Source: an uncultured delta proteobacterium | GTDB taxonomy: Bacteria; Myxococcota_A; Polyangia; Fen-1088 | Length of the DNA: 64,000 nucleotides | Direction: 5' to 3' | Assembly (NCBI GenBank): GCA_963767925.1 | Contig: CAVYGB010000008.1 | Coordinates: 1,952,001-2,016,000, forward strand | Shown here: positions 9,562 to 21,507 of the stretch, piece by piece | How the letters are laid out: every line of letters starts with the position of its first letter | Position numbering within the stretch: position 1 is the stretch's first letter | Made by a program: the position numbers and the translations under genes | Notes under the pieces: model-generated | Seen by the model: the letters and a program-made list of their open reading frames with translations, nothing else | What the model was told of the DNA's origin: nothing | Database searches by the model: none

Positions 9562-9635
9562 TGGTTCGGGGACAAGGATTCGAACCTTGATAGCCAGATC
9601 CAGAGTCTGGCGTCCTGCCGTTAGACGATCCCCGA
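9562..9635 (-). tRNA. tRNA-Gln (anticodon CTG), CCA encoded
   Basis: Reverse complement TCGGGGATCGTCTAACGGCAGGACGCCAGACTCTGGATCTGGCTATCAAGGTTCGAATCCTTGTCCCCGAACCA. Confidence 0.95.
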
Positions 9636-9813
9636 GTGACCCCGCCCCGCGGGACCCACATTTGTAGCAATGGTTCTTTCCCTGTCAAGACTCTCGCCAG
9701 CCTCTCGATGCTGTCGATGAGGCTGGGGGGCTTCGGGGGGCGGAAGCTTGCTCGGGTGCCCAGTTCAGTGTAAGGGACGAGGAGGCCACCGCTCGACGAG
9801 CCGAGAGGGACAT

Positions 9814-11098
<1,285 letters not shown>

Positions 11099-11117
11099 CC
11101 GGGGGAGACGGCGGCGC

Positions 11118-11687
11118 TCAGTTGCCGCGGGGAGCGCGGGAGCCGGGCAGGACCTCGGCGCAGTCCCCGCACAGCGGCAACATGCCCGCCCTGTAATACG
11201 GGCGGGCGGTCTCCGCCTTGCCACAGGCGGTGCAGGTGGTGGCCTCGATCTCCTCTCCATCCTCGGCGGGGGTCTCGATCTCCACCGAGGCGATCAGCGA
11301 TCGGGCGGGGGCCTTGCTGCCGGTCAGCTTCGACAGGCGATCCCGGGTGATCATCCCGACGAGGAACGTTCCCGTGACGACCGGCAGGCAGCCGACCTCG
11401 TTCTGGTCCATGATGTCGACCGCGTCCTTGACCGTCGTGTCGGGGCCGATGCACAGGACCGGGCTCTTCATGCAGCCGCTCACCAGGGACGACTCGCGGG
11501 CCTGTCGCAGGTCGCTCTGACAGACGATGCCGGTCAGGCTGCCGTCCTCGATGACGAGGAAATGGCGGATTCGCCTGGCGCTCGCCAGGCGAAGCGCGGA
11601 GGCCACCACGGTGTCGGGCGTGAGCGTGAACAGCTCCGTACCCATGATTTCCGCCACGCAACACGAAGGATCGATGGAGGGTCCCAT
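11118..11687 (-). CDS. CBS domain protein with C-terminal CxxC...CxxC motif
   Basis: Tandem CBS repeats (IRHFLVI..LTGIV; VGCLPVV..LVGMIT) followed by CTAC and CGDC. Confidence 0.85.
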   Translation of the reverse strand: MGPSIDPSCCVAEIMGTELFTLTPDTVVASALRLASARRIRHFLVIEDGSLTGIVCQSDLRQARESSLVSGCMKSPVLCIGPDTTVKDAVDIMDQNEVGCLPVVTGTFLVGMITRDRLSKLTGSKAPARSLIASVEIETPAEDGEEIEATTCTACGKAETARPYYRAGMLPLCGDCAEVLPGSRAPRGN

Positions 11688-11952
11688 CGCAGCGGAGCGT
11701 ACCCCCTGGACTCGAGTACGACGACGCATCTTGGCTTCGTGACCCCCTCGTGTGCGGACTGATCCGCCGATCGTCGCGATCGGCTCCCCTAAGATCTTAG
11801 TCCCCCGTCCACACCTTGGCCACCTGAGCACCCCTGGCTCACCTGCGGCGGCGGTCCGGCGCCCTCTGTCATTTTCAATGATCCCGCAGCTTTACGCCGA
11901 AGATTTTCGTACGACTCCACGCGCGAAGATTCGCTCGCCAAGTCGCATCACG

Positions 11953-12438
11953 TCAATTAATGCGTTGTCTGAGACTCGAAAGTGCCGAGACCACGCTCGG
12001 TTCGTCGGGGCATAGGTTGAGGGCCGACTCGAACTCCCGAATCGCCTTTTGTACCCTCCCCTGGGCCGCGAACACCCTGCCCAGGTTTATGTAGGGAAAG
12101 TGACGGGGCTCGTACCGAGGGGCGCGCTTCGCCTTCTCCAGCCAGACCACCGACTCTTTCATCTTCCCCTGCGCGATGAGATACGACCCGATGTCGTTGT
12201 AGGGGTTGCCGAAGGAGGGGTCGACCTCGATCGCCCGCTTGCATTCGTCGATGGCGTCGTCGAGCCGGTTCTGGAAGCTGTAGGCCCACGCCCGAAAGGT
12301 GTGGGCTTCTGCCGTGGGGAAGACGGCAATGGATTGGTCGTAACAGTCGATGGCCGCCGATAGCTCACCGTCGAGCTGCAGGCGCTGCCCCTCCTGCCAC
12401 AGGGCAAGGGCGCGCTTCCGCAGGAAGATCTCCTCCAC
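11953..12438 (-). CDS. Tetratricopeptide repeat protein
   Basis: TPR motifs (AIDECKRAIEVDPSFGNPYNDIG; PYINLGRVF). Confidence 0.85.
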   Translation of the reverse strand: MEEIFLRKRALALWQEGQRLQLDGELSAAIDCYDQSIAVFPTAEAHTFRAWAYSFQNRLDDAIDECKRAIEVDPSFGNPYNDIGSYLIAQGKMKESVVWLEKAKRAPRYEPRHFPYINLGRVFAAQGRVQKAIREFESALNLCPDEPSVVSALSSLRQRIN

Positions 12439-12465
12439 GGGTCCCGACCGTAGCGCTTTTTCTGC

Positions 12466-13557
12466 TCAGCGGCTCAAGAACCTTTCGGCCTCTCGCCGTT
12501 CGCGCTCCATGCTCGGGGGCGCCTCCTCGAGAAACTGCTGCGTCTCCCGCCGGCCCTCGTCGACCTGCCCGGCCAGAATCAAGGCCTCGGCGAGCACCAG
12601 GCGGGCCCAGGCGTAAGGACGACGGAGCCGCAGCGCCCTCCGGGCGGCGGCGATGGCCTCGGGGAGTTGCCCGCGCTTCAACGAGACGTACGCGCGCAAG
12701 AAGGCCACCTCGGCGCGGCGGGGGGCCGCCTGCTCGAGGCCGGCCAGCTCCCGGTCGGCCTCGTCGTTGATCCCGGCCGCGACCAGCAGGGTCACCAGCA
12801 GGACCCGGTTGTCGATCGAGGCGGGCTCGGCCGCGACCGTGGTCCGCGCTTCCTGGAGGGCGCCCAGCATGTCCCCCCGCTTCGAGAGGATCTCGGCCCG
12901 CGCCCGGTGGGCTGCCGGCAAGTTGGGATCGAGGGCCAGCGCCTTCTGGACCGCCTCCTCCGCCGCCGCCACGCGGTTCAGCCGGGCCAGGACACGGGCG
13001 TGCGAGGCGTGGGCGTTCGGGTTCTGCGGCTCGATCTCGCACAGCTTGGCCAGCTCCCAGCGCGCCTCCTCGATCTTGTCGAGCTGCAAGAGGGTGTCGC
13101 CGACCGCGAGGCGCGAGGCTCCGAAGCCCGGGTCGATGGCGAGCGCGGCCCGGAAGCTGGCCATCGCCTCCTCGAAGTCGCCCCGGTCGGCCTGCAGCAG
13201 GCCCAGGTTGTGGTGGGCCTCGGCCAGGTCCTCGTTCATCGACAAGGCGGCCTTGAACTCCTGCTCGGCCGTCTGCTTGTCCCCGCGGGCGAACGCGACC
13301 AGGCCCTTCCCGCTGCGAGCCTCGGCCATCCGCGGATCGTATTCGAGCGCCAGGGAGAACAGCCCGGCCGCCCGGTCCAGCTCGCCGCGGGCGTAGGCCC
13401 GGGCCCCCTCGGCCTGGTACTGCACCGCCTTGGCGCTGGGATTTGCCCTCGCGGTGGCGCAGGCGACCCCGCCTGTGAGGGCGAGCGCCACGAGGGCGAA
13501 GGCGAAGGCCTGCTGCGCGATCGACGCGTGATCCCGGAAAACCGTCCCTGGCCGCAT
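12466..13557 (-). CDS. TPR lipoprotein (PilF/Tgl-like pilotin resemblance)
   Basis: Hydrophobic signal with lipobox GGVAC followed by multiple TPRs; directly downstream of comEC. Confidence 0.8.
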   Translation of the reverse strand: MRPGTVFRDHASIAQQAFAFALVALALTGGVACATARANPSAKAVQYQAEGARAYARGELDRAAGLFSLALEYDPRMAEARSGKGLVAFARGDKQTAEQEFKAALSMNEDLAEAHHNLGLLQADRGDFEEAMASFRAALAIDPGFGASRLAVGDTLLQLDKIEEARWELAKLCEIEPQNPNAHASHARVLARLNRVAAAEEAVQKALALDPNLPAAHRARAEILSKRGDMLGALQEARTTVAAEPASIDNRVLLVTLLVAAGINDEADRELAGLEQAAPRRAEVAFLRAYVSLKRGQLPEAIAAARRALRLRRPYAWARLVLAEALILAGQVDEGRRETQQFLEEAPPSMERERREAERFLSR

Positions 13558-13567
13558 GGGAGCTCTC

Positions 13568-15982
13568 TTATCGGCAAGACCGCGCACAGGTTGTCTGCAT
13601 CTCGCCATCGGGCTCGATCGCCACCGTCACCGCCCCGTGCCAGTCGGTCCGCAGGAGTTTTATGCCCCGCGAGGCGTACCGCGCAAGGACTTCTGCGCGC
13701 GGAAAGCCGAAGCGGTTTCGCCGCCCCAGCGAGATCACAGCGAGGGCGGGCCGGACCGCCGCGAGCAAAGCATCGCTGGACGAGGTCCGGCTACCGTGGT
13801 GCGGCACCTTGAGCACGTCGCTCTCGAGCGGCTCGAAGGCGGCGCCGGCGACCAGCTCGGCCTCGCCCTGGCTCTCGATGTCTCCCGTGAGGAGGATCCA
13901 GCGGCCGGAGAAGCCGATGCGCAGAACCAGGGAGGCGTCGTTCACGCTCAAGCCCGGGGGCGCCCGGACGGCTTCACCGAGCAGCGGCCCCCGGGCCTGC
14001 ACGGTGAGGGGCCCCCGCGCGAAGCTGCCGGGCTCGGCGACGGTCACGCCCCGAGCCTTCGCCAGGGCTAACAGCCGGTCGTACTCCGGATTGCCACCCC
14101 CCTCCCCGGGTGTCCAGAGCGCGCCCACCTCGAACCCCGCGATCAGGTGAAACAGCCCGGTCATGTGATCGGGATGGGCGTGCGACAGCACCAGGAGGTC
14201 GATCCGGCCGATCCCCTTGCGGCGCAGGACCGGGCCCACGACGCGGGCGCCGGGATCGAACGACCCGGTCAGCGCGCCCCCGCCGTCGATGAGGACGGTG
14301 AACCCGCCCGGCGCCTCGACGAGGGCGGCGTCCCCCTGCCCGACGTCCAGGAAAGTGACCCGCAGATCGGTCTGGCTTCGCTGCACCAGCCGCCGGATCC
14401 CCATCGCCGCCACCCCGAGCAGGACCAGCAACCCCGCAACCAGCAGCAGGCGCCGCCGGATCGGTCGGCCAGCCGCCACGAGGATCAGCAGCACGCCCAG
14501 CCCGATCAGGGCCGTCTCGGCCAGACCGGGGCTCATCAGCGGGATCACCGGCGCCCAGGTCCGGAACCCGCCGGCGATCCAGAGCGCCGCCGCCGCCAGG
14601 GCCCCCGCCAGTTTGAGCGGAACCCACCCCAGCACCGGATGGATCGCGCCCAGGGTGCTCCCCGCCAGACCGAGCGGCAGCGCACCCAGCTCGAGCGGCG
14701 GGACCAGCAACAGGTTTCCCAGCGGTGCGGCCGGCGCGATCTCGGCGAAGTGGTGAACACCGAGCGGCGCGGTCACGAGGAACGCGGCCACGCTGGCCAC
14801 GCCACCCCGGACCAGCCAGCGCCCCATCCGGCGGAGCGCCCCGCGGGGCTCCGCCGGTTCATCCGGCCAGGTCCGCGCGACGACGGCCAGCGCGATGACC
14901 CCGGCGAACGAGAGCTGGAACGAGACGTCGATCAGCAGGAGCGGCGCGCCCAGCAGCAGCACCACCGCGGCGCCGGCGATCGCGGTGGCCACCGAGGGCG
15001 GTCGTCGGAGCGCGATGGCCCCGAAGGCCAGGCCCCCCATCCAGGCGGCCCGGGCGGTGGCGACCGCCTCGCCGGTGAGGAGGGTGTAAAACCCGAGGGC
15101 CGGCAAGCAGGCCAGGGCCGCCACCACGTCCGGCCGGACGCGCAGGGCGATCCAGGGAAACCCGATCAGCAGGCGCCGAACGATCAGGAACAGGACGCCG
15201 GCGACCGCCGTGAGGTGCAGGCCCGAGACAGAGAGCACGTGCAGGGCGCCGGCGGCTCTGAACCCGGCCTCCGCCTCTTCCCCGGCGGCGAACCGATCGC
15301 CAAGGACCAGCGCCTGCAGCAGACCCCGCTGCGGCCCCCGGACCCCGTCGGCGATCGCGGCGGTGAGGACGGCGTGGGCCAGGTGGGCGAGACGGCGGGG
15401 GGACAGGCGCCCGCCCACCTGCTCGACGACGAGGGGCTCATCCCCGGAGGCGGTTGCGAGAAGATCGATCCCGGAAGCCCGGATGCGCAGGTCGGGATCG
15501 GGCAGGCCCGGGTTGGCCAGGCCGGTGGGCAGGCTGAGCCGCGCCCGGAACCGCACCCGGTCACCGGGCAGGAGGTCCCCGCGCGGCGGGGGCAGGGTCA
15601 CCAGCGCCCGGGCGGCCGCCGGCGCCCCGGCGACGGTCAGCAGGTCGGCCAGAAAGCGCGTCCCGGCGGGCCCGGCCTTTCGCTCTTGCCGGAAGGCCCG
15701 CACCAGCCGGACGCGTAGCTCGACCGGCCCACCGCCGTCGACCGCCCGGACGATGGGCGGCGGAAGCGACGCCGGTCGGGCCGCCTGGTGCCCGAGCGCG
15801 GCGCCCAGCCCGAGCGCGAGCGACGCTCCGCCCAGGACGGCGCGTCGCAGAACCACGAGGGCCCCTCCCCCCAGGAGCGTCAGCCCCAGAAACCCGAAAA
15901 ACCAGGGCCCGCCAGCCGAAATGCCGGTCGCGATGCCAGCCGCCAGCGCAACGGACCAGAACGGTAGGAGCATCGGACCCAC
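13568..15982 (-). CDS. comEC: DNA internalization competence protein ComEC/Rec2
   Basis: Competence domain HVLSVSGLH; metallo-beta-lactamase motifs FLDVGQGDA, SHAHPDH, LLTGDIE and KVPHHGSRTSS. Confidence 0.95.
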   Translation of the reverse strand: MGPMLLPFWSVALAAGIATGISAGGPWFFGFLGLTLLGGGALVVLRRAVLGGASLALGLGAALGHQAARPASLPPPIVRAVDGGGPVELRVRLVRAFRQERKAGPAGTRFLADLLTVAGAPAAARALVTLPPPRGDLLPGDRVRFRARLSLPTGLANPGLPDPDLRIRASGIDLLATASGDEPLVVEQVGGRLSPRRLAHLAHAVLTAAIADGVRGPQRGLLQALVLGDRFAAGEEAEAGFRAAGALHVLSVSGLHLTAVAGVLFLIVRRLLIGFPWIALRVRPDVVAALACLPALGFYTLLTGEAVATARAAWMGGLAFGAIALRRPPSVATAIAGAAVVLLLGAPLLLIDVSFQLSFAGVIALAVVARTWPDEPAEPRGALRRMGRWLVRGGVASVAAFLVTAPLGVHHFAEIAPAAPLGNLLLVPPLELGALPLGLAGSTLGAIHPVLGWVPLKLAGALAAAALWIAGGFRTWAPVIPLMSPGLAETALIGLGVLLILVAAGRPIRRRLLLVAGLLVLLGVAAMGIRRLVQRSQTDLRVTFLDVGQGDAALVEAPGGFTVLIDGGGALTGSFDPGARVVGPVLRRKGIGRIDLLVLSHAHPDHMTGLFHLIAGFEVGALWTPGEGGGNPEYDRLLALAKARGVTVAEPGSFARGPLTVQARGPLLGEAVRAPPGLSVNDASLVLRIGFSGRWILLTGDIESQGEAELVAGAAFEPLESDVLKVPHHGSRTSSSDALLAAVRPALAVISLGRRNRFGFPRAEVLARYASRGIKLLRTDWHGAVTVAIEPDGEMQTTCARSCR

Positions 15983-16038
15983 TTGTCGGCCGGCAGCCCC
16001 GGTGCGTTGTGGGTTTTGGTGCGCACTTAGATACGCTA

Positions 16039-17283
16039 ATGTCTAATCCCTTGAGCGCGCTTCGCCCCAAGACGTCCCCTGCGCCCTCCGAAACGCATCG
16101 CAACGAGGTCATCCGGCAGCGGATCGCGGTGCCGTTCGAGTACCCGGTGGTGTTCACCCGCCGCGTGTTCGACCCGGAGAACCCGACCCTCGTCGACGTG
16201 TTCGCCGAGCGCGAGCCACAGCGGCGCCACCGCGTCCTGGTGGTCATGGATGCTGGCTTCCACGCGGCCTATCCGGAGGTGCCCGCGGCGATTCAGACCT
16301 ACTTCGCCCGGCACGCCCGCCACCTGGAGCTCGTCGCGCCGCCGGCCGACATCCCCGGCGGGGAGGCGGCCAAGACCGAGGCCGGCGTCATCGACCGCCT
16401 GCACGAGCTCTTCTTCCAGCACCGCATCGACCGCCACTCCTACATCCTGATCGCCGGGGGTGGCGCGGTGATCGACGCCGCCGGCTACGCCTCGGCCACC
16501 TGCCACCGCGGCCTGCGCACCGTCCGGATGCCGACCACGGTGCTCAGCCAGAACGACTCGGGCGTCGGGGTGAAAAACGGCATAAACGCCTTCGGCGCCA
16601 AGAACTTCCTGGGAACGTTCGTACCGCCGTTCGCCGTGGTGAACGACGCCCTCTTCCTGGAGCGCCTGCCCCGGCGGGAGGCCATCGCCGGGCTCGCCGA
16701 GGCGATCAAGGTCGCCCTCATCCGGGACGCTTCCTTCTTCGACTGGATCGAGGCCAACGCCCAGGCGCTGTTCGACTGCGAGCTCGAGGCCATGGACCGG
16801 GCCATCCGCCGCTGCGCTCAGCTCCACCTGCGCCACATCGCTACCGGGGGAGATCCCTTCGAGCAGGGCAGCGCTCGCCCCCTCGACTTCGGTCACTGGG
16901 CGGCCCACAAGCTCGAGAGCATCAGCAAGCACGAGGTTCGCCACGGCGAGGCGGTCGGCCTGGGGATGCTGCTCGACAGCCGCTACAGCCTCGAGATGGG
17001 GCTGCTTCCGGCCCCCGAGTTCGACCGGATCCAGCGCGTCCTGCGGGCGGTCGGCTTGCCGAGCTGGGACGAGCGGCTCCTGGCCCAGGCCCCGGGAAAG
17101 CAGCACGATCGGCTGGCCGTGCTGGCCGGGCTCGACGAGTTCCGCGAGCACCTGGGCGGCGATCTCACCATCACCCTGCTGCGCGGGATCGGCCGGGCGG
17201 TGGACGTCCACGAGATGGACGAGGCCAAGCTGGTCCAGGCGCTCGACTGGATGCGCCGGCAGCGCCCCGCCGTCGGGCAATGA
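16039..17283 (+). CDS. eboD: 3-dehydroquinate synthase-like sugar phosphate cyclase EboD
   Basis: GGEAAK, GGGAVID, PTTVLSQNDSGVGVKNGIN, ARPLDFGHWAAHKLE and RHGEAV motifs; ebo context. Confidence 0.9.
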   Translation: MSNPLSALRPKTSPAPSETHRNEVIRQRIAVPFEYPVVFTRRVFDPENPTLVDVFAEREPQRRHRVLVVMDAGFHAAYPEVPAAIQTYFARHARHLELVAPPADIPGGEAAKTEAGVIDRLHELFFQHRIDRHSYILIAGGGAVIDAAGYASATCHRGLRTVRMPTTVLSQNDSGVGVKNGINAFGAKNFLGTFVPPFAVVNDALFLERLPRREAIAGLAEAIKVALIRDASFFDWIEANAQALFDCELEAMDRAIRRCAQLHLRHIATGGDPFEQGSARPLDFGHWAAHKLESISKHEVRHGEAVGLGMLLDSRYSLEMGLLPAPEFDRIQRVLRAVGLPSWDERLLAQAPGKQHDRLAVLAGLDEFREHLGGDLTITLLRGIGRAVDVHEMDEAKLVQALDWMRRQRPAVGQ

Positions 17284-18500
17284 AGCTCGCCTCCGGCGGC
17301 GCCCACCTCACCTACTGCACCAACATCCACGCGGGCGAGACCTGGCCCGAGATCCGGGCCAACATCGAGACCCACGTGCTGGCGGTCAAGCAGCGTGTCT
17401 GCCCCGACCGTCCCTTCGGGGTGGGCCTCCGCCTGGGGGCCGCCGCCGCCCGGGGGCTCGCCGAGCCCGGGGCCCTGACCGCCTTCGAGGAGCTGCTGGC
17501 CCGCCACGGACTCTACGTCTTCACGATCAACGCCTTCCCCTACGGGACCTTTCACGGCGAGGTGGTCAAGGAGGCCGTCTACCGGCCCGACTGGCTCGAG
17601 CCCGAGCGCCTCACCTACAGCGACGAGGTGGCCGCCATCCTCGACCGGCTCCTGCTCGCGAACCCGGGGGCCGGCGAGGGAGCGACCGGCTCGATCAGCA
17701 CCGTGCCCGGCTGTTTCCGGCCCCGGGCCGCCGAGGCCGGGGGCCCGGCCCGGATCGGCGAGCAGGTGGCTCGGCACGCCGCCACCCTCTGGCGGATCGC
17801 CGAGACCAGCGGCTCCCGCATCGCCCTGGCCCTCGAGCCCGAGCCGGAGTGCCTGTTCGAGACAACCGTCCAGGGGATCAGCTTCCTCGAGGAGCACGTC
17901 TTCTCGACGGCCGGCCGGGCCGCCTTCGCCCGCGAGAGCGGGCTGGACCCGGGTGCGGCCGAGCGGGTGCTCCGCGGGCACGTGGGCCTCTGCCTGGACG
18001 CCTGCCACGCCGCCGTGGAGTTCGAGGAGCCGGCCGCCGCGGTGGCAGCGCCCCGGGCCGCCGGCATCGGCATCTTCAAGCTCCAGGTGAGCGCCGGCCT
18101 GCGGGTGCCGGAGGCCGACGGGGAGCGCCGCGAGGCCCTCGCCCGCTTCGCCGAGGGGGTGTACCTGCACCAGGTCGTGATCCGACGCGGCGGCGAGCTG
18201 CGCCGGGTCCTCGACCTGCCGGCCGCGCTGGCCGGGCCCCCCAGCGGGGAGGGCGAGGAGTGGCGCATCCACTTCCACGTCCCGATCTTTCGCGAGTCGC
18301 TCGGTCCCTTCGCCAGCACCCAGGGCTTCCTGTCCGAGCTCCTCGCCATCCAGGCCCGGACGCCCTTCACCGACCACCTCGAGGTCGAGACCTACACCTG
18401 GGACGTGCTGCCGGAGGAGCACCGGGGCGAACCGGTCGCCGACGCGGTCGCCCGCGAGCTAAGCTGGACCCTCGACAAGCTAGGGGAGAAGAACCCGTGA
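17280..18500 (+). CDS. eboE: Xylose isomerase-like TIM-barrel protein EboE
   Basis: LTYCTNIHAGE, INAFPYGTFH, EPEP, EWRIHFHVPIF and HLEVETYTWDVLP motifs. Confidence 0.92.
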   Translation: MKLASGGAHLTYCTNIHAGETWPEIRANIETHVLAVKQRVCPDRPFGVGLRLGAAAARGLAEPGALTAFEELLARHGLYVFTINAFPYGTFHGEVVKEAVYRPDWLEPERLTYSDEVAAILDRLLLANPGAGEGATGSISTVPGCFRPRAAEAGGPARIGEQVARHAATLWRIAETSGSRIALALEPEPECLFETTVQGISFLEEHVFSTAGRAAFARESGLDPGAAERVLRGHVGLCLDACHAAVEFEEPAAAVAAPRAAGIGIFKLQVSAGLRVPEADGERREALARFAEGVYLHQVVIRRGGELRRVLDLPAALAGPPSGEGEEWRIHFHVPIFRESLGPFASTQGFLSELLAIQARTPFTDHLEVETYTWDVLPEEHRGEPVADAVARELSWTLDKLGEKNP

Positions 18501-19212
18501 CCGCACCCTCCGCCCTCACCACCGCGCTCCGGCTCGGTCGGGTCTCGAACGTTCCGACGGTATGGACCAACGTGGCGGCGGGCATGGCCCTCACGGGGGC
18601 CAGCTTGCAGCCGGCCCTGCTGGTGCTGCTGGGCTTCGCGGTGTCGCTGTTTTACGTCGGCGGGATGTACCTCAACGACGCCTTCGACGCCGCCTGGGAC
18701 CGCCAGCACCGACCCGAGCGCCCGATCCCGTCGGGCCAGGTGCGCGCCCGGACGGTCTACCTCGCCGGCTTCGCCATGCTGGCCGCCGGGCTGGTGATCG
18801 TCGCCTGCAGCACCACCAGCCGCCCTCCGCTCTACGCCGCCCTGGTTCTGTGCGGTCTGATCGTGCTCTACGACCTCTCGCACAAGAACAACCCGGCCAG
18901 CCCGGTGATCATGGCGCTGTGCCGGGTATCGGTCTATGCCCTGGCCGCCCTCTCGGTAGCGCGCCCTCCCCTGCCCCGCGGCGTCTACTTCGGCGCCGCC
19001 GCCCTGCTGCTCTACCTCATCTTCCTGAGCACGCTCGCCCGCAAGGAGACCCTGCACCCGCGCCTGCCCCGCATGATCGGCAGCCTCGTCGCCGGCATCG
19101 CCTTGCTCGACGCCGGCTTGCTCCTGATCACCGGCCACGAGCTCGCCTCGGCCCTCGCGGTGGGCGCGTTCTTCCTCACCCGCCGGCTGCAGCGCTCGTG
19201 CCGGGGAGCTGA
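18497..19212 (+). CDS. eboC: UbiA-family prenyltransferase EboC (probable frameshift in last codons; uncorrected frame ends 19267)
   Basis: LRLGRVSNVPTVWTN, GMYLNDAFD...RPERPIPSG and multiple TM helices; the GTG start overlaps the eboE stop. Confidence 0.88.
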
Positions 19213-19228
19213 GCCCCTCGGCCGCCGA

Positions 19229-20608
19229 TCAGCGCCCGAACAGGTGGTCGCAGCATCAGGTCCTTGACCTCGGTCGCCTGCGACCTCGGCCCTCGGGCGG
19301 CAGCAGGTCGGCCTCGCTGGTGATGAAGACCGGCCCCTCGTCCGAGTCGTCGGTGGGACGCCCGTGGGAGCCCTTCACGATCCCGGCGTCCAGTGAGATC
19401 ACGTCGAGCAGGCTGCGGAACCCGAGCTTTCGCTTGAGCAAGGTCCAGCCGACCTTGAGCCCCGGAAAGGGGATGGTCGGATCGACGAACAGCTCGACCG
19501 GGTCGTAGCCCGGCTTGCGGTGGATGTCGACCGTCCGGGCGTAGTCGGGTGCCCGATCGTCGTCGAGCCAGTGGTAGTAGGTGAACCAGCGATCGGCCCG
19601 GCTGACCGCGACGATCTCGCCCGACCGGGGGTGGTCGAGGCCGGCCGCCCGGCGCTCCTCGCCGGTCCAGACCGACTCGACGCCGTCCAGGTCCCGCAGC
19701 AGGCGCGGCCACCTCGGCGATCCGCTCCGGCGGCGCACGTAGACGTGGGCCACCTGGTGGTCGGCCACCGCGAAGGCCTCCGAAGCGCCGGCGTCGAGCT
19801 GCTCGCCCATCTGCTCGGGGCGCACCCGCAGCAGGCCGGCCTCGCGCAGGGCCCGGTTGATGTGGACGGGCCCCGCGACCTCGGTGATGCCGTATTCGGA
19901 CAGCACGATGACGGCGGCGCCCGCCTTCTCGGCGGCCGCCAGCAGAGGCTCACAGGCGGCGTCCACCGCCGCGACCTCCCGGGCGATGTCGGGGTGGTCA
20001 GGGCCGAGCCGCTGCAGGTCGTAGTCCAGGTGGGGCAGGTAGACCAGGGTCAGCGTGGGCTTGCGGGTCTCCCAGACGTGCAGCGCCGAGCGGGCGATCC
20101 AGTCGGTCGAGACCAGGTTGGCCCGCGGACCCCAGAAGTTGAACAGCGGGAAGGTGCCGAAGCGCTGCTGCAACTCGTCCCGCAGCTCGGGCGGGGCGGT
20201 GTACACGTCGGGCAGCTTGCGCCCGTCGGCCGGGTACTGCGGCCGCGGCGTGACCGCGAAGTCGACCGCCGCGTACATGTTGTACCACCAGAAGAGCTTG
20301 GCGCAGGTGAAGCTGGGATCGCGGCGGCGGGCGACGTCCCAGATCTTCTCCCCCTGCACCAGGGCGTTCGACTGCCGCCAGAACGAGACCTCGGACAGAT
20401 CGCGGAAGTACCAGCCGTTGCCGACGCAGCCGTGACCGCTGGGCGGCAGGCCGGTGGTGAAGGTCGACTGCACCGAGCAGGTGACGGCCGGCGTGATGGT
20501 GCGCAGGGGCCGCATGCCGCCGCGGGCGGCGAGCGCGGCCAGGTTGGGGGCGTAGGGAAGCAACTTCGGGGCGAGCCCGACCACGTCGAGCACGAGCGTC
20601 TGGCGCAT
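19229..20608 (-). CDS. eboF: Alkaline phosphatase/nucleotide pyrophosphatase EboF (small indels near 3' end)
   Basis: LDVVGL, PAVTCSVQST, LVYLPHLDYDLQR, DIHRKPGYDPVELF and KGSHGR motifs. Confidence 0.9.
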
Positions 20609-20619
20609 GAAGGCTCCGC

Positions 20620-21507
20620 TCAGGAATCGACGCGCGGCTGCTGGCCGCGCAGGACGGAGTTGCCTTCCCAGAGCTGCCGCTGATCGATCTTGGCGGCGTC
20701 GGGCTCGTCGGCGAGGTCGAGCCGTCCACTCTGGGCGAAGAAGCGCACCGGGTTCCGCCACAGCACCAGCTCGATGTCGGCCTCGGGGATGCCCGCCTGG
20801 CGCATGGCCGCCGCGGTCTTCGGCACCTTGAGGGGATCGCTGACCCCCCAGTCGGCGGCGCTGTTGACGATGATCCGCTCAGGGCCGTAGCGCTGGACCA
20901 GCGCCACCATCCGCCCCTCGTCCATCTTGGTCATCGGATAGATCGAGTGTCCGGCCCAGCAGCCCGACTCCAGCACCAGGGGCAAGGTCTCCTCGTTGTT
21001 GTGATCGACGAGGGTCAGCTCGGCGGGGAACCCCACCTCCTTGACCAGGGCCGAGCGTGCGCTCGGTGCCGCGCTTCTTGTCCCGGTGGGGCGTGTGGAT
21101 GAGGATCGGCAGGGCGAATTCGCGCGCCAGCTCGATCTGCGCCCGGAAGTAGCGGTCCTCGGCGTCGGTCTGGTCGTCGTAGCCGATCTCGCCGACCGCC
21201 ACGACCCCGTCTTTGGCCAGGTAGCGGCGCAGGAGCGCGATCAACCCCGTCGGCCACCTTGGGGTTGTTGGCCTCCTTGGGGTTGAGGGCCAGCGTGCAG
21301 AAGTGACGGATGCCGAACTGCTGGGCCCGGAAGCGTTCCCAGCCCGAGCAGGGACAGGAAGTAGTCCTCGAAGGTGCCGACGTGGGTGCGCGGCTGGCCG
21401 ACCCAGAAGGCCGGCTCGACGATCGCCGCGATCCCGGCGTCGGCCATCGCCTGGTAGTCGTCGGTCGTGCGCGAGGTCATGTGGATGTGCGGATCAAACA
21501 GGCGCAT
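20620..21507 (-). CDS. eboB: TatD-family hydrolase EboB, split by frameshifts (~21050 and ~21240-21345)
   Basis: Consecutive fragments: MRLFDPHIHMTSRTTDDY; VVAVGEIGYD...IHTPHRDKK; LVDHNNE...NSAADWGVSDPL. Confidence 0.88.

Noticed and set aside
16039..17283. Housekeeping aroB
   Set aside because: The sequence motifs and the eboE/eboC context indicate the EboD paralogue; no shikimate genes are adjacent.
19190..21400. Apparent decay of eboB, eboC and eboF
   Set aside because: The indels include compensating pairs and the fragments retain conserved motifs, so this is likely low-quality consensus rather than biological inactivation.
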